Counted from the stretch's first letter, positions 1-12,786 are shown. The stretch: DNA of 64,000 bases from Longimicrobiales bacterium (GCA_965238005.1 OZ250165.1:640001-704000); one strand, 5' to 3'. Program-made: numbers and translations. The notes: generated by a model from the letters alone, not told the origin.

Positions 1-166
1 CATACGGGGTGACCGAGAGAATCGCGCTATCGTCCACTCACGCCGGTTCGGAGCACCGGCGAGCCCTGCAGCTCGCACATGTGGCCGTGCGTTGACAGGG
101 ATTGCTCCTGCCACCCGAATCGTGGCAACATATCCGAACAAAACCCCAATATTCGGAGCACTAGCC

Positions 167-495
167 ATGGCCGTCTCAGAAGGATATCCAGAGAACCTAT
201 TTAGTTGCTGGCATCCTGTGGCTTACGCCCGTCACGTTAAGGCAGCCGAGCCTTACGGCACGACGTTACTGGATGAAGCTTTGGTGATTTGGCGTTCATG
301 AGATGGTCAGGCGCACACTATGCGAGACTTATGCATCCACCGAGGAACTGCGCTTTCCCTGGGTTCGGTTGCTGATGATTGCATTGTTTGTCCCTATCAT
401 GCCTGGCGTTACGACCGTACCGGGGTCTGCGTACTCATACCGCAATCGAAACACAAGACCATCCCGACCAAAGCCAAAACACCAGTGTATAAGTT
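167..495 (+). pseudogene. Rieske non-heme oxygenase alpha-subunit N-terminal remnant
   Basis: WHPVA..., in-frame TGA at 299-301, then Rieske motifs CIHRG and CPYHAWRYD; similarity ends at about 495. Confidence 0.8.
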
Positions 496-516
496 TGGTA
501 CTGAAGGCATATCAAG

Positions 517-1392
517 ATGGCCGATAAGCGTTGCTTCGTTCAGTTCCCGCATCCGGGAGGGGAACACAGTAGTGGCGGCTGGAACAAGACCCACCGGAGC
601 CACAAGCGAAAGTTCATGCAAATCCGTGACGATTGGATCGAAAGGGATGGGACCAAACGGTCCGGCGACTTGTGGGCATGGGGCGAATGGGAGCCGGAAT
701 CGGATCTCATCCGCAAACTCAATGCGCAGCACGGCGAGTCGCACCATCCGCGCTACCTCTGGAAACCGTACTGGGTCCCGAGGACCTGCTACAAGGACCT
801 GCACAACACCGATCCGTTCATCTTCGGCGATCGCTTCCTTTACTCGAACTGCGGCCAGCTGAGCCGGAGTAAGCGCGGTCTGAAGCACCTTGACCGAGGT
901 TCCCTGATCGCGTTCGGGAGCGGTAAGATGGTCGACGGCAAACGGAAGTGGGCACTCGACACCGTGCTCGTAATCAAGGACAGCTTCCCCTACGACCCGC
1001 TCGACCCACGTAAGGCGCTTGAAGGCAAGGTGCCGGATGCTTTCCTGAGTGTGACCGGCGGACCGCTGACCGCCGCCCCGAAGATTCGCAAGAACCCAGA
1101 AGAGCGGGGGCTCCGGCTCTACCGGGGAGCAACGCCACACGATCCGGTCGGCAGGATGTTCAGTTTCTTCCCCGCAAAACCGGCGGGTGGTAACTCGGGT
1201 TTCCCCCGTCCGTTCCTCTCCCTTAAGGGAGAGTACTTCAATCCCCGCAACTGGCAGGCTCCGAAGGGGCACCAGCGCAATCGTACCCTCGACGAGTTGC
1301 GCTGTCTGTGGAACTCGCTCGTCGCACAAGTCCGCGATGCCGGTCTCGTCCTCGGCACACGCGCGGAAGTGCCACCACGACGGGACGACTGA
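517..1392 (+). CDS. Hypothetical 291-aa protein, possibly related to nucleotide-modification-associated domains
   Basis: Intact ORF with conserved-looking blocks QFPHPGGEH, WGEWEPES, HNTDPFIFGDRFLYSNCGQ, LDTVLVI; family not established. Confidence 0.7.
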   Translation: MADKRCFVQFPHPGGEHSSGGWNKTHRSHKRKFMQIRDDWIERDGTKRSGDLWAWGEWEPESDLIRKLNAQHGESHHPRYLWKPYWVPRTCYKDLHNTDPFIFGDRFLYSNCGQLSRSKRGLKHLDRGSLIAFGSGKMVDGKRKWALDTVLVIKDSFPYDPLDPRKALEGKVPDAFLSVTGGPLTAAPKIRKNPEERGLRLYRGATPHDPVGRMFSFFPAKPAGGNSGFPRPFLSLKGEYFNPRNWQAPKGHQRNRTLDELRCLWNSLVAQVRDAGLVLGTRAEVPPRRDD

Positions 1393-1477
1393 TGGAGCTT
1401 AGATCAGCGAATCGGCCACCAGACTGTCCGACAAACCGAGGCCACCTGAATACCGAAGGAGTGAAGGGGCCTGATAT

Positions 1478-1850
1478 CTACCGCGTGTCATCCGCTTCAT
1501 TTGTCACCGCTGCGAACTTGACCGTGTATCCCACCACCTTCGCTATTCGGCTCGCTGCCTGTTCGGCGATGGCCTTCTTTCGCGCCTCCGCGACGGTCAA
1601 TTCGGTCGTCTTGCCAAGAGGGATATTGATCGGCCCAAGCTTGCGGACGACACGGACGAAATAGGTCCTCGTATCGGCGGCGGCGATCTTTAGGCTGATT
1701 GCGCGAAGGGTATGGTCCAAGACGATCAGCGGGCGTTGCCGGTGCTTCTGTGCCCTGAACCGGCGGTGGGCGGCCCTGTCGTTGACGTTGGCGTAGATGC
1801 GGATGAAACGGTCTCCCTGTCCGTTCCCTCGGATGCCCCGTTCCGGGTGA
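1478..1850 (-). pseudogene. Integrase N-terminal arm-DNA-binding domain remnant
   Basis: RTYFVRVVRKLGPINIPLGKTTELTVAEARKKA resembles the arm-binding domain; no catalytic domain follows. Confidence 0.5.
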
Positions 1851-2050
1851 ACGGGGCGGTGGTTCAGGGAAGGAGACGGGGTCCTCGCGTGGGATCGCCG
1901 GTCAGGTCTCGCTCAGGGCACCATGGTGCGGCGGGTTGTGCATGGCCATGATCAGGTCCTCCCGGCAGCCTCGTCAAGGTATGGGCATGGCGATTCTGAC
2001 GGCCCAGGCAGGGCTCCAAGCGTCGGGGCCGAGTTGGGTTACCGTACTAG

Positions 2051-2103
2051 AGCCAGCCTACCCTTTGGGGCCACGCTTCGCGGGTCCCCGGCAGGGGCTG
2101 GCG
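2051..2103 (-). promoter_or_regulatory. Orphan ColE1/MOBP5-type oriT, copy 1
   Basis: 53-bp core identical to 20299-20351 and one mismatch from 41223-41275; ends in nic-like GCTGGCT. Confidence 0.7.
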
Positions 2104-2460
2104 AGGGACTCCGCCCCCTTCGATCCCCCGGACGCCCGCGCTCCGGCGGAGTTCGCGGGCGGGGAGCTCGCCCCCCATCCCTCTTGCCGGTGCGTCCTGA
2201 GTCGCGCGCCACACGAAGGACATATGGCGGCAGGCAGCTGCTGGGGTCGGTTGAGGGGACGCGGACTAGGAGAGGCCGCTAGAGGTCTCGTCGGCCAAAT
2301 CAATGGGGAACTCGCCGAGGACACACGAGCAAAGTCTGCGCTCCGAACAGCCCTGCAGGCTCACCGTGGAAAACCAGGCAATGTTGATCCCAAAGCGCTG
2401 GCCGCATAGTGGTCGGACCGCACCGACGCGGCGCATGTCAATATCCGTCGGGACGATCCC

Positions 2461-3321
2461 TCAATCGCTGAGCAGCAGGTACTTCAAGCCGAGCATCATA
2501 GACCAGGGATTGATGCGACTGATTTCGGTGTCGTTCATTATGGGAAACGGATGCACCTCGTAAGGACTCGTGTCCACAAGGTCGTCGACCCAGCTGTAGG
2601 ACGCCTTCAGGCCGAGCAGGAGCTTGTCGCCCAAACGATAGTCGGCACCGGCAAAGAGCTGCTTCGCAAGCCCGCTGTCGGACAGATCGACGTCCTGCAG
2701 ACTGTTGTACTCCGCCGCGGGACGACCGCCGCATGGCTGACTAATGCACGAGTATTCGCTGCTGAAATACAGCCCCGACAGCTCGACGAAGGACAGGCCC
2801 AGCCCGGCGCCCAGGTAAAGCATGACCCGGCTTTCTGCGAACGCGAAGTCGTGATAGGCGTTCAGGGACAGCGTGCGCGCGGCCAAGGCATCGACCCTGG
2901 TGGTGTTGGTCGACGTATAGTTGCTGTCTTCGTTAGGCAGGATCGGAGATCCATCGAGAAAGGTAATGTCGGTGAATTCTTGCTCGATGTTGTTCGATCG
3001 CTGGGAGACCGACACCTCCACGCGCACGTCGCCGAAATCTCGACCGACGGCGACTTCAAAAGCAGTACCGAGATCCGAGGGAAGGTTGTAAAACCAGCGA
3101 TAGCCCTCCGGCGTGCCGCTGCAACGGAAATTCGGGTAACAGATATTGTCCCGGTTATGGCCCGCCTGCTTCATCACGGGATTCCAGTTCGTCCCGCCGC
3201 TCGCGCTCACGTACCACCCGTAAGACCCCGGCTGTTGACCCGCACCTTGTTCCGCTCGGCCGAGCAGGGTGCAGATCGCAAGCGTGGCTCCGAAGGCGTG
3301 TAACTGCCAGGACAAAGGCAT
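2461..3321 (-). CDS. Outer-membrane beta-barrel protein (OmpA/Msp4-like surface antigen)
   Basis: Signal peptide, GWYVSASGG, SLNAYHDF, LYLGAGLGLS, AGADYRL and terminal GLKY strand. Confidence 0.75.
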   Translation of the reverse strand: MPLSWQLHAFGATLAICTLLGRAEQGAGQQPGSYGWYVSASGGTNWNPVMKQAGHNRDNICYPNFRCSGTPEGYRWFYNLPSDLGTAFEVAVGRDFGDVRVEVSVSQRSNNIEQEFTDITFLDGSPILPNEDSNYTSTNTTRVDALAARTLSLNAYHDFAFAESRVMLYLGAGLGLSFVELSGLYFSSEYSCISQPCGGRPAAEYNSLQDVDLSDSGLAKQLFAGADYRLGDKLLLGLKASYSWVDDLVDTSPYEVHPFPIMNDTEISRINPWSMMLGLKYLLLSD

Positions 3322-3884
3322 TTGAGTCACCTCCAGTTGAGTCCGATGGCCTTCATTTGAAGATACCGCCTCCCAAGGACCCCGATCAACGGATCCCACA
3401 CTATCGAGCCGGTAACGGGAGATTCCAATCGCCCCACGCGGGGGGTAGCCCAGGAAATGGCCCGCCTCCGCGTGGCAGATTCATGGGGACGAGCACATGG
3501 CTCATCCCCACCACGGCGGCTGCGCTGGCAAGGCCGAGCTGGTCTTGGCTCCTCCCGTAGCAACGGGGAGCCAAAGCTTCCGCCGTGAAGCGGTGGAGTA
3601 GAAGGCGGCCTCATTCTGCCTCGTCATGGCTTCGCTTGAAGTCCATCGGAGACTGATAGTCGATTGGAGCTGGCGCGAGTGGCAAGTCCAAGAGGGTCGT
3701 GGCGCAATCGGCGGAGGCGCGCAGCACCTTCTGGGCTTGATCCAGTTTCGTGGACGGTTTAACTCGGCTGCCAGCCGAGCCGAGCGTCGAGTGTCGGCAC
3801 TGCTGTCTTAATCGCCATCGTCGGCTCAGGTTCGACGAACGTGCGCATTGACGATCCCCGGGCCGCCGAACTCGCCAGCTAAGT

Positions 3885-4010
3885 AGGCTGCCCAGTCCGC
3901 CGGCATATGTCATGTAAATATATAATATAAAATACGTTACAACTATTCTTACATCACTCCCGTCACCCCTCTGATCACCCTTTGCGCATTGGGTAACGGA
4001 ATCCCATGGG
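3885..4010 (+). repeat. Family B att-like site with both arms joined
   Basis: CCCAGTCCGCCGGCAT, AT-rich tract, then TCACCCCTCTGATCACCCTTTGCGC...GGAATCCCATGG; related copies at 16760-16790, 18114-18215 and 62160-62277. Confidence 0.65.
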
Positions 4011-4211
4011 CCATCCCCGTTCGCCGAAACCGTGCGGTCGTCCCGTGGGGCCTCGCCTCATGCCGTATCGTCCTGCCGCCTCTCCGGTGGAGGCAGAACC
4101 GACCCGGCCCGATTCGTCTTAGGACCAAGCGGGGGTAAGGGTGCGTTCACGCGGCGGCCTTTCGGTCGAGTCCGGAAGGGGTGGATCCATCCTCGAAAGT
4201 GGTCTTGTCAT

Positions 4212-5535
<1,324 letters not shown>

Positions 5536-6386
5536 CCTCCTGGTCATCAGCGGATGTCCGCTCCAGATCGCCCACACGCCCGAGGCGCACGAAGCCCAGC
5601 AGCTGAACGTGGGGTCGGTCATGCCACCGATCCGTACTGCCCATGCCCTCCCGACCCGGTGTCACGCCACCCAGCCAACGGGTAAGCACCGGTGCTTGTC
5701 CGAGCACCGCCCGCGTCCCCTTCCTCAACGCGCGCGTTCCTCTCGTGCTTATCGCGCGGGGGTTGGCGGGGGCGGCGATCTCCGTGGGAGTTGGAAGGAC
5801 GCTCCAGGTTCCGGCGGGAGACCAAGGAACCTGTCCCGGCCCCGGGACAAACCTCATGCGGGGTGTTCCTTGGATACGGTGTCCATGCTGATGGAGCAGG
5901 GCTATGTTTGGAGAGCGTTCATGCCCCTGAAGAGACACACCGATGACATGAGTCCCCCACAACTGACGGATGCCGGTGAGGATAGTGGTTCTCTGGACTC
6001 GGACGTGGCGAATCCGCGTCCCCCAGATCACGAGCCAGGGACCGGAGTCGAATCTCGAAAGCGTAACGCGTCGTGGCGTGCGCCGACGACCCTGATTGGG
6101 TCCTTGGGATCCTTATAACGTTTCTTGTCTTTCTGTTCGGCAACAACGTGACTAGCCGGTTTGGTCAGGCAGAGGCACCTTCCGATGGTCGAGACAACGA
6201 CCCTAGTGTACCGCCGCTAAAGTGGCATTAGCACGAGTGACCTTTGCCAGGATATCTTGGCCATACACGAAAGATAACGCCCGCTTCACGTCATGCCCAT
6301 CACACTTAGCCGCCGATACACTAGCTCGGTCTCGGGCGGATTTGACCTTCGAAAATCGTCACATCACCGACAAAGGGAGGCATCGC

Positions 6387-9329
6387 ATGAATCCTGCCGG
6401 AAACTGGACTCGTTTCGGGTGCATAGCGACTATTTTGTTGCTATTTGCGACATTTCCCGTCACGGGCCACGCCCAGGGGTCCCTCGAAGGCACGGTTCGG
6501 GATGGTGCCACCAACCAGGGGGTGCGCAGCGCACAGGTGTTCATCTCGGCCCTCTCCATCGGCCGACTGAGCGACGCCGACGGCTCCTTCCAGATTGGAG
6601 GCATTCCCGCCGGCACCCATGTGGTCGAGATCAGGCTGATCGGCTACGCCACGGAGCGCCAGGAGGTCAGCATCGCGGACAGCCAGGTGACGCAGCTCGA
6701 CGTGACCATCAGCGAGGAAGCCATCGCGCTCGCCGGCATCGTCGCCATCGGGACGCGGGCCCGGCCACGCACCGTGACCGAATCAGCCGTCCCCGTCGAC
6801 GTCATCACGAACGCGGAAATCATCAACCAGGGCGACACCGACTTCGCCAACCTGCTCCGCAACGTGGTGCCGTCGTTCAACGTGAACATCCAGCCCATCA
6901 GTGACGCGGCCACCTTCGCGCGCCCGGCCAACCTGCGCGGGCTCGCCCCCGACCACACGCTGATTCTGGTGAACGGGAAGCGCCGCCACCGCACGGCGGT
7001 CATCACCTGGTACGGCAACGGCCTGGCCGACGGGTCGCAGGGCCCTGACATCGCACTGATTCCGGGCATGGCGCTGGAGCAGGCCGAGGTGCTGCGCGAC
7101 GGTGCGTCGGCGCAGTACGGCTCCGACGCCATCGCGGGGGTGATGAACTTCGTGCTCAACAACAACCGCTCCGGCGGAGCCCTCGAGATCAAGACAGGCG
7201 GACATCTGTTCGCGACGACCAGCGAACCCTTCCAGGATGATCCGATCCCGGGCGACGGGGAGATGTACAGCATTGCGGGCAACATCGGTCTGCCTCTCGG
7301 GGAGACCGGGTTCCTCAACCTGACCGGCGAATACGGCAACACCAATCCCACCGACCGCAGCGTGCAACGGAACGACGCGCTCGCGCTGGTCGGGGCCGGC
7401 AACCAGCACGTGCGCTCTCCCACGCAGATCTGGGGTTCCCCGCAGGTATCCGACGAAATCAAGCTGTGGGCGAACACGGGCTACCTGTTCAGCGACGCGC
7501 TTTTGTTCTACGGACACGGCAACTACGTAAGCAAGCAGGTCGAGGGCGGCTTCTACTTCCGGAATCCGAACACCCGTAGCGGCGTGTTCGGGACCAGCAG
7601 GGACAGTACACTAGTTGACGGGACACCGGTTACCGGCCCGGAAGGTGATATATTGCAGGTTCCGCTATTGTTGGTCGGCGACATGATCGACGCGCGCGAC
7701 GGAGTGCTGGACGGTTCGGCCGGCTGCCCGGAGGTACGGGTGAACGGCGGCGTCGTGACCGAGCGCGCGGCGTTGAACCAGGTTCTAAACGACCCCAACT
7801 GCTTCACCTTCCAGAAGATCTTCCCGGGAGGCTTCACGCCGCAGTTCGGCGCATACGTGCTCGACGCCTCCGCAGTGGCCGGCCTCAGGGGCACCCGGGG
7901 CCAGCTGGACTGGGACGCCAGCGCCAGCTGGGGCAAGTCCAACATGGACTTCTACATGTACAACACGGTGAACGCCTCGCTTGGGCCGAACCAGCCATGC
8001 AGCGACCAGGGCACCTCGATCGCCGTCCCGGACCAGCCGTGCACGCCGTACTTCCATCCGGGAATCTACGATCAGCAGGAGGTCAACTTTAACGCCGACG
8101 TCTCCTACGCCGTGAACGAAAGGGTGAATGTCGCCGGCGGCGCTGAATGGAGGAACGAGCGCTTCGAGATCGTCCCGGGCGACGAGGCTTCGTGGACCGA
8201 GGGTCCGCTCGCGACCCAGGGCTTCACCCCCGGCTCCAACGGCTTCACCGGCTTCGGTCCCCTCACCGAGGGCACCTGGAACCGCAGCAACTTCGCCGGC
8301 TACGGTGACGTCGAGTTGCGGGATCCGGCAGGCGCGTGGACGTTCGGCGTCGCCGGGCGCGTCGAGAGATTCTCGGACTTCGGCACCACGGTGAACGGAA
8401 AGGTCGCGGCCCGGACGACCGTCTCGGAGGGCTTCGCTCTGCGGGGCAGCGCCAGCACCGGCTTCCGCGCCCCCACGCCCGGCCAGCAGAACGCCTTCAA
8501 CATCTCGACGATCTACGATCCCGAGATCATGGACCTCACCAACAACGGCACGATTCCGTCGACATCCCTCTTGGCCCGAGAGTTTGGCGGCGAAGCGCTC
8601 ACGCCGGAGAAGTCGGTGAACATGGCGTTGGGTGCCGTGCTCGAGCGCGGCCGGTTCAGCCTCTCCACCGACTTCTTCCAGATCAACGTAAACGACCGTC
8701 TTACGACGAGCGCCGACCGAAAGCTCACCCCGGTGGAGATCGACCAGCTCGTGGCCGACGGCATCATCCGGCCGGGCGGGGTGCTGGCGCGGTTCCGCTT
8801 CTTCATCAACGACTTCGCGACCCGCACCCGGGGAATCGATCTCGTGGCCGCCTACCAGATGGAAGGAGCGAACGGTTCCACCACCAACATCACCGCCGCC
8901 TGGAACTGGACCTCGACCCAGGTGACGGACTTCAACTCCGGCACCCTCACGGGCACGCGCATCCGCATCCTGGAGGAGGGGCTCCCGAACGTGCGCGGCA
9001 ACGTCGCCGTCAACCACACATTCCCCAACGGCGTGCGGGCGCTCGTACGCGGCAGCTACTGGGGTGGCTACTACGACGGCGAGACTCCCTACTACACGGG
9101 CAGCTCGGACAATACCATCGACTATCCGGCGCGCGTCCTCTTCGACATGGAGGCAGCCCGCTCCTTCAACGATCGCTGGACGCTGACGCTTGGGGCCCAG
9201 AACGTCCTGAACACCAAGCCGCAGGAGTACCCGGGCGCGGCCGACGGCGTCGGCAACCGGTACGGCCAGTTCACGCCCTTCGGCTTCAACGGGGCCTTCC
9301 TGTACGGCAAGCTGGGGTACAGGTGGTAG
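6387..9329 (+). CDS. TonB-dependent receptor with N-terminal carboxypeptidase-regulatory-like domain
   Basis: GGGAGG RBS, signal peptide, plug motifs LRGLAPDHTLILVNGKR and EVLRDGASAQYGSDAIAGVMNFVL, C-terminal YRW. Confidence 0.95.
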   Translation: MNPAGNWTRFGCIATILLLFATFPVTGHAQGSLEGTVRDGATNQGVRSAQVFISALSIGRLSDADGSFQIGGIPAGTHVVEIRLIGYATERQEVSIADSQVTQLDVTISEEAIALAGIVAIGTRARPRTVTESAVPVDVITNAEIINQGDTDFANLLRNVVPSFNVNIQPISDAATFARPANLRGLAPDHTLILVNGKRRHRTAVITWYGNGLADGSQGPDIALIPGMALEQAEVLRDGASAQYGSDAIAGVMNFVLNNNRSGGALEIKTGGHLFATTSEPFQDDPIPGDGEMYSIAGNIGLPLGETGFLNLTGEYGNTNPTDRSVQRNDALALVGAGNQHVRSPTQIWGSPQVSDEIKLWANTGYLFSDALLFYGHGNYVSKQVEGGFYFRNPNTRSGVFGTSRDSTLVDGTPVTGPEGDILQVPLLLVGDMIDARDGVLDGSAGCPEVRVNGGVVTERAALNQVLNDPNCFTFQKIFPGGFTPQFGAYVLDASAVAGLRGTRGQLDWDASASWGKSNMDFYMYNTVNASLGPNQPCSDQGTSIAVPDQPCTPYFHPGIYDQQEVNFNADVSYAVNERVNVAGGAEWRNERFEIVPGDEASWTEGPLATQGFTPGSNGFTGFGPLTEGTWNRSNFAGYGDVELRDPAGAWTFGVAGRVERFSDFGTTVNGKVAARTTVSEGFALRGSASTGFRAPTPGQQNAFNISTIYDPEIMDLTNNGTIPSTSLLAREFGGEALTPEKSVNMALGAVLERGRFSLSTDFFQINVNDRLTTSADRKLTPVEIDQLVADGIIRPGGVLARFRFFINDFATRTRGIDLVAAYQMEGANGSTTNITAAWNWTSTQVTDFNSGTLTGTRIRILEEGLPNVRGNVAVNHTFPNGVRALVRGSYWGGYYDGETPYYTGSSDNTIDYPARVLFDMEAARSFNDRWTLTLGAQNVLNTKPQEYPGAADGVGNRYGQFTPFGFNGAFLYGKLGYRW

Positions 9330-9534
9330 CCTAAACCGATCCGCCAGCGGACGGATCAGCCGGCTCCGGAGGGTTGCTGGACGACCCTTCGGGGCCGGTC
9401 TTCTGATGGCCACGAGCCGATTGCGAGGCTTCTCCCGTCGCTGACCGAAGTTGGGTCTGTCCCACACTTCCAAGCATACTTCACTTCCAAGCATACTTCG
9501 CCCACACCCGACTCAAGAGACCCTGACTCGATCG

Positions 9535-10626
9535 ATGTCCTCGGCTAGACGTGTTCCCTGGCTCCTGACCGGCGCCCTGCTCGCCGTCGCCAGCTGTGTG
9601 TCGTCCTCGGCACTGGAGTTGTATGAGACCAGCGATGCCCCCTGCTACGACCGCGCCCTCGAGCCCCAGACCGCGGTCGTCGACGCGCATCTCCACTTTC
9701 GTCCCTTCGGAGGTCCCGAGATCCCGTTCGAGGAACTGGTCTCCTATCTCGAGGAGACGGGCGTGCTCTTCGCGAACGTCTACGGCATCGGCCAGACGCT
9801 CCCGGACTCATCGTCCTGCACCTACTACCTGGACTGTCCCGGCACGCCGCTGACTCCATCGCTCGACAATGACCTCGCCAACGCTGCCGAGTACGTGACG
9901 AACCCACCTTCCCACGTTCATCTGACGATGTCGATGACCTTCCCGGATCTGGCGCGCCCCGCCACCATTCTCCCCGCGATGCAGCGCCTGGAGGAGGAAT
10001 ATCCGGGTGTCTTCTCCTGGATGGGCGAGGTCAACCTGGTCAAGCAGGCCGTGTTCGACAACGGCCGCGGGCCGATTCCCGAGGAGGTCCTGGACGGGTG
10101 GGCACCGTTCATGGAGGTTCTTCGGGAACGGAACATGCCCCTGTCCATCTACGGCGATCTGGGCAACGATGAAGACCCGACCCTGTACCTTCCGCTGATG
10201 GAGGGGGTGCTTGGTCTGTATCCCGACAACAACATCGTCTGGATGCACATGGGATTGTTGCGGGAACTCACCGAAATGTACCCGGCCCGGCACGTCACGA
10301 TCATGAAGTCGATGCTGGACCGCCATCCGAATCTGATGCTGGACATATCCTGGCGCGTGATTGACGACACCTATTTCTCGGATCCCGACGCACGAGCTGT
10401 CTACATTCCTTTTCTGAATGAGTACTCGGAACGGATTCTGCCCGGAACCGACTTCCTGGCATCCCGGGACAAGGACTTCGAGGTCTATCGTACCGAGCTG
10501 AACGTCACCAGCCGCATCCTGCGCTACCTCGACGACACCGCCTTCCGCAACATCGCGCTCGGCCACAACTACGTCCGTCTGCTGGGCCTGGACTACCTGG
10601 CGCCCAGAGTGTGCGAGAGTCCGTGA
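9535..10626 (+). CDS. Amidohydrolase-superfamily lipoprotein
   Basis: LLAVASC lipobox-like signal, VVDAHLHF, GEVNLVK, WMHMG, ILPGTDF. Confidence 0.8.
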   Translation: MSSARRVPWLLTGALLAVASCVSSSALELYETSDAPCYDRALEPQTAVVDAHLHFRPFGGPEIPFEELVSYLEETGVLFANVYGIGQTLPDSSSCTYYLDCPGTPLTPSLDNDLANAAEYVTNPPSHVHLTMSMTFPDLARPATILPAMQRLEEEYPGVFSWMGEVNLVKQAVFDNGRGPIPEEVLDGWAPFMEVLRERNMPLSIYGDLGNDEDPTLYLPLMEGVLGLYPDNNIVWMHMGLLRELTEMYPARHVTIMKSMLDRHPNLMLDISWRVIDDTYFSDPDARAVYIPFLNEYSERILPGTDFLASRDKDFEVYRTELNVTSRILRYLDDTAFRNIALGHNYVRLLGLDYLAPRVCESP

Positions 10627-10871
10627 CGGATTGCCGCAAGAGCTGTTGCCCCGACCGCCCTGGGCCACCGAACCCGGGATCCGAGGGCTCCAGGGATCTC
10701 TTGAATTGCAACCATGAGGGAGGGATCTACATGAGGACGGCAGCTGTGGCAGTTCTCGCTTTGCTGATGTTGCTGCCGGCGCTCCCGGCCCAGGCGCAGG
10801 TCGGATACCATGCTGGAGTGGAAATGGACTTGTGGGATCGTGATGCGGGCTACGAGGAAGCGTATTTTCTA

Positions 10872-11188
10872 AAGCCCGTCCCTATCACGGATACCATCCG
10901 CGCATCGACCAGAAGGCGGCGGCTTTGGTCCACGGCATCGTTTCCAATCACGGCTTCGTGGACGGCAACAAGCGCACGGCTGTTTACTTGGTGGAATTGC
11001 TGGCGGTCAGAAGCGGGTATCGATTGGCGGAGGAGGATCTCGTCCTGGCAGACGTCGTGACCGCTGTGGCCCGGGGAGATTTGGATTACGAAGAACTTGC
11101 GACGTGGTTCAAAGGACGATTGGAGCCGGTCGCCGGCACCGAACCGCATGCCTCCGCTCGGCAAACCGAGTCGACAGATGACCAATAG
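10872..11188 (+). pseudogene. Fic/Doc toxin, 5'-truncated
   Basis: HGFVDGNKRTA Fic/Doc motif; N-terminus replaced by an unrelated signal-peptide fragment starting at 10731. Confidence 0.75.
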
Positions 11189-12131
11189 AGGAGCCGCTAG
11201 TCGAACGCCCGAGGATCCCTTGCGCGAGATCAGGCAATCGGTTGTCGCAATCGGCACGCTGCCGGATTCGCCATCCCGCCCGAGCGGTCAGCTCTACCAT
11301 GATGGGCGGCTCGTAGACTTCGATGTCAGAGGGACGGGCTTCATCTATACGCACACGCCGATCGAGTTCGCGGAGGGCAAGTCCGATCCGGATCCAAAGA
11401 CGGGAGCAGTCTACTACTGGGCGACGATGTGGATCGTGACCTGCAAACATTGCGTACACGACACCCCAGTAGTCGCGGTCCGGATGGACACGAACGCTGG
11501 CACGCGAGTCTATACGATCCGCGCATCCAAGTGGACAATTCACCCGGAGGCGGACGTGGCCGTCACTCCCTTCGGGCTGGACAGCGATGTCGAACCCGTT
11601 CCCAACGAGGCTGCGGCAGATGCGTTTGGAGCGTTGGTGATTTCCAGCGTTGACCGGGAAGTCACCGCGACCAGGGGACAAATCAAGAGCATGGGCTTCT
11701 GGGAGTCCACGCCTGTGTCGATGAGCGGGTTTCCCGCCGGCATGATTGAAGGCGGCAACAAGAATTACCCGGTCGTTCGCGCCGGGACGATCGCTCAGCT
11801 GCAAGGCTACCTGGATAGCGACCCAGAACACCGGCAGTTTCTCGTTGACGGATCGGTCTTCGCGGGCAACAGCGGAGGACCCATAGTGGTTCGGAAGGGC
11901 ACGATGAATAGCGAAAATCGCGCGTTGTCGCATACCGTCTTGATCGGCATGGTGTCCAAGGCTGTTCAAGTGGAAACCGTGCGTCACGATGAATCTTTCA
12001 GCGGTGTCATGGAGAACGCTGATCTCGTGAATGCCGTGACCGTAGACTCGATCAACGACACGATTCGCAGCTACTACGCTTCGAAGAGAATCTTGGACAA
12101 GAGCATCTTGACTCGACCCCGGCCTGGTTGA
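11178..12131 (+). CDS. Cytoplasmic trypsin-like serine protease
   Basis: GTGF, VTCKHCV (His), ADVAV (Asp), GNSGGPI (Ser); no signal peptide. Confidence 0.85.
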   Translation: MTNRGAASRTPEDPLREIRQSVVAIGTLPDSPSRPSGQLYHDGRLVDFDVRGTGFIYTHTPIEFAEGKSDPDPKTGAVYYWATMWIVTCKHCVHDTPVVAVRMDTNAGTRVYTIRASKWTIHPEADVAVTPFGLDSDVEPVPNEAAADAFGALVISSVDREVTATRGQIKSMGFWESTPVSMSGFPAGMIEGGNKNYPVVRAGTIAQLQGYLDSDPEHRQFLVDGSVFAGNSGGPIVVRKGTMNSENRALSHTVLIGMVSKAVQVETVRHDESFSGVMENADLVNAVTVDSINDTIRSYYASKRILDKSILTRPRPG

Positions 12132-12600
12132 GGGCTAGGGCCCAGAGGCCAGACCGACAGCCCCATCCGCCGCTGTCGGCGGCGCCACGGCGGGGCGCCA
12201 CGCCGACATCCAACCTCATGAGCCAGCCGCTCACTGCTCCGTTACCAAGGCTCCCTATGACATCAAGTCCGAACTGTACGAAACTGTAGTTCACGGGTGG
12301 TTCACCGACGGGCGTCCGGTTACGGGCCCCGGGCAGATCGACCCGAAGCGAAGGGAACGGGTCGTGTTCGCGGGTCCGAACTTTCACGCCCGGCGGACGA
12401 ATTGGTCCCTGCGGGCCCTACTTGCTACACTCCGGATCCGGGCGGTTGTCGTACAGCGACGCCCGTCTCGCCTAAGCGCGGAAATGGCCGAGCTCGCACC
12501 CCGGAGCGGGCGCTCGGTTGAATCACCTATCGACCGATCGTCCGTGAGGTCCCTTGATATCGGAGCGGTGCGGCGAGGCTTGGAAGCTCGTGGGAGAAAG

Positions 12601-12651
12601 AGTGCCAGGGGTGGAGTTGAACCAGCGACCTCACGCTTATCAGGCGTGCGC
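12601..12651 (-). other. Degenerate tRNA-Ile(GAU) 3' half (att remnant, not a functional tRNA)
   Basis: GCGCACGCCTGATAAGCGTGAGGTCGCTGGTTCAACTCCACC gives anticodon arm and T-arm; 5' half absent. Confidence 0.8.
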
Positions 12652-12786
12652 CGGAGGATATGAATTACGGCAAGAAGTCTTCTAAGTTTAACTGGGACTG
12701 CATGATCTGCCGCTCTTGCCGTTAGACCATATCTGATTCCACCGTACCGAAATAGCGGGAAAACGGCATCAAACAGCGGGAATCCG
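12637..12786 (+). mobile_element. Family A left end
   Basis: Core TTATCAG + 39 nt + TAAGTT, then GGACTGCATGATCTGCCGCTCTTGCCGTT and two GCGGGAA arm repeats; colinear with 29072-29220. Confidence 0.8.

Noticed and set aside
5536..6031. N-terminal extension of the IS256 transposase
   Set aside because: No transposase similarity upstream of WSQRRLEG; unrelated sequence that I could not assign
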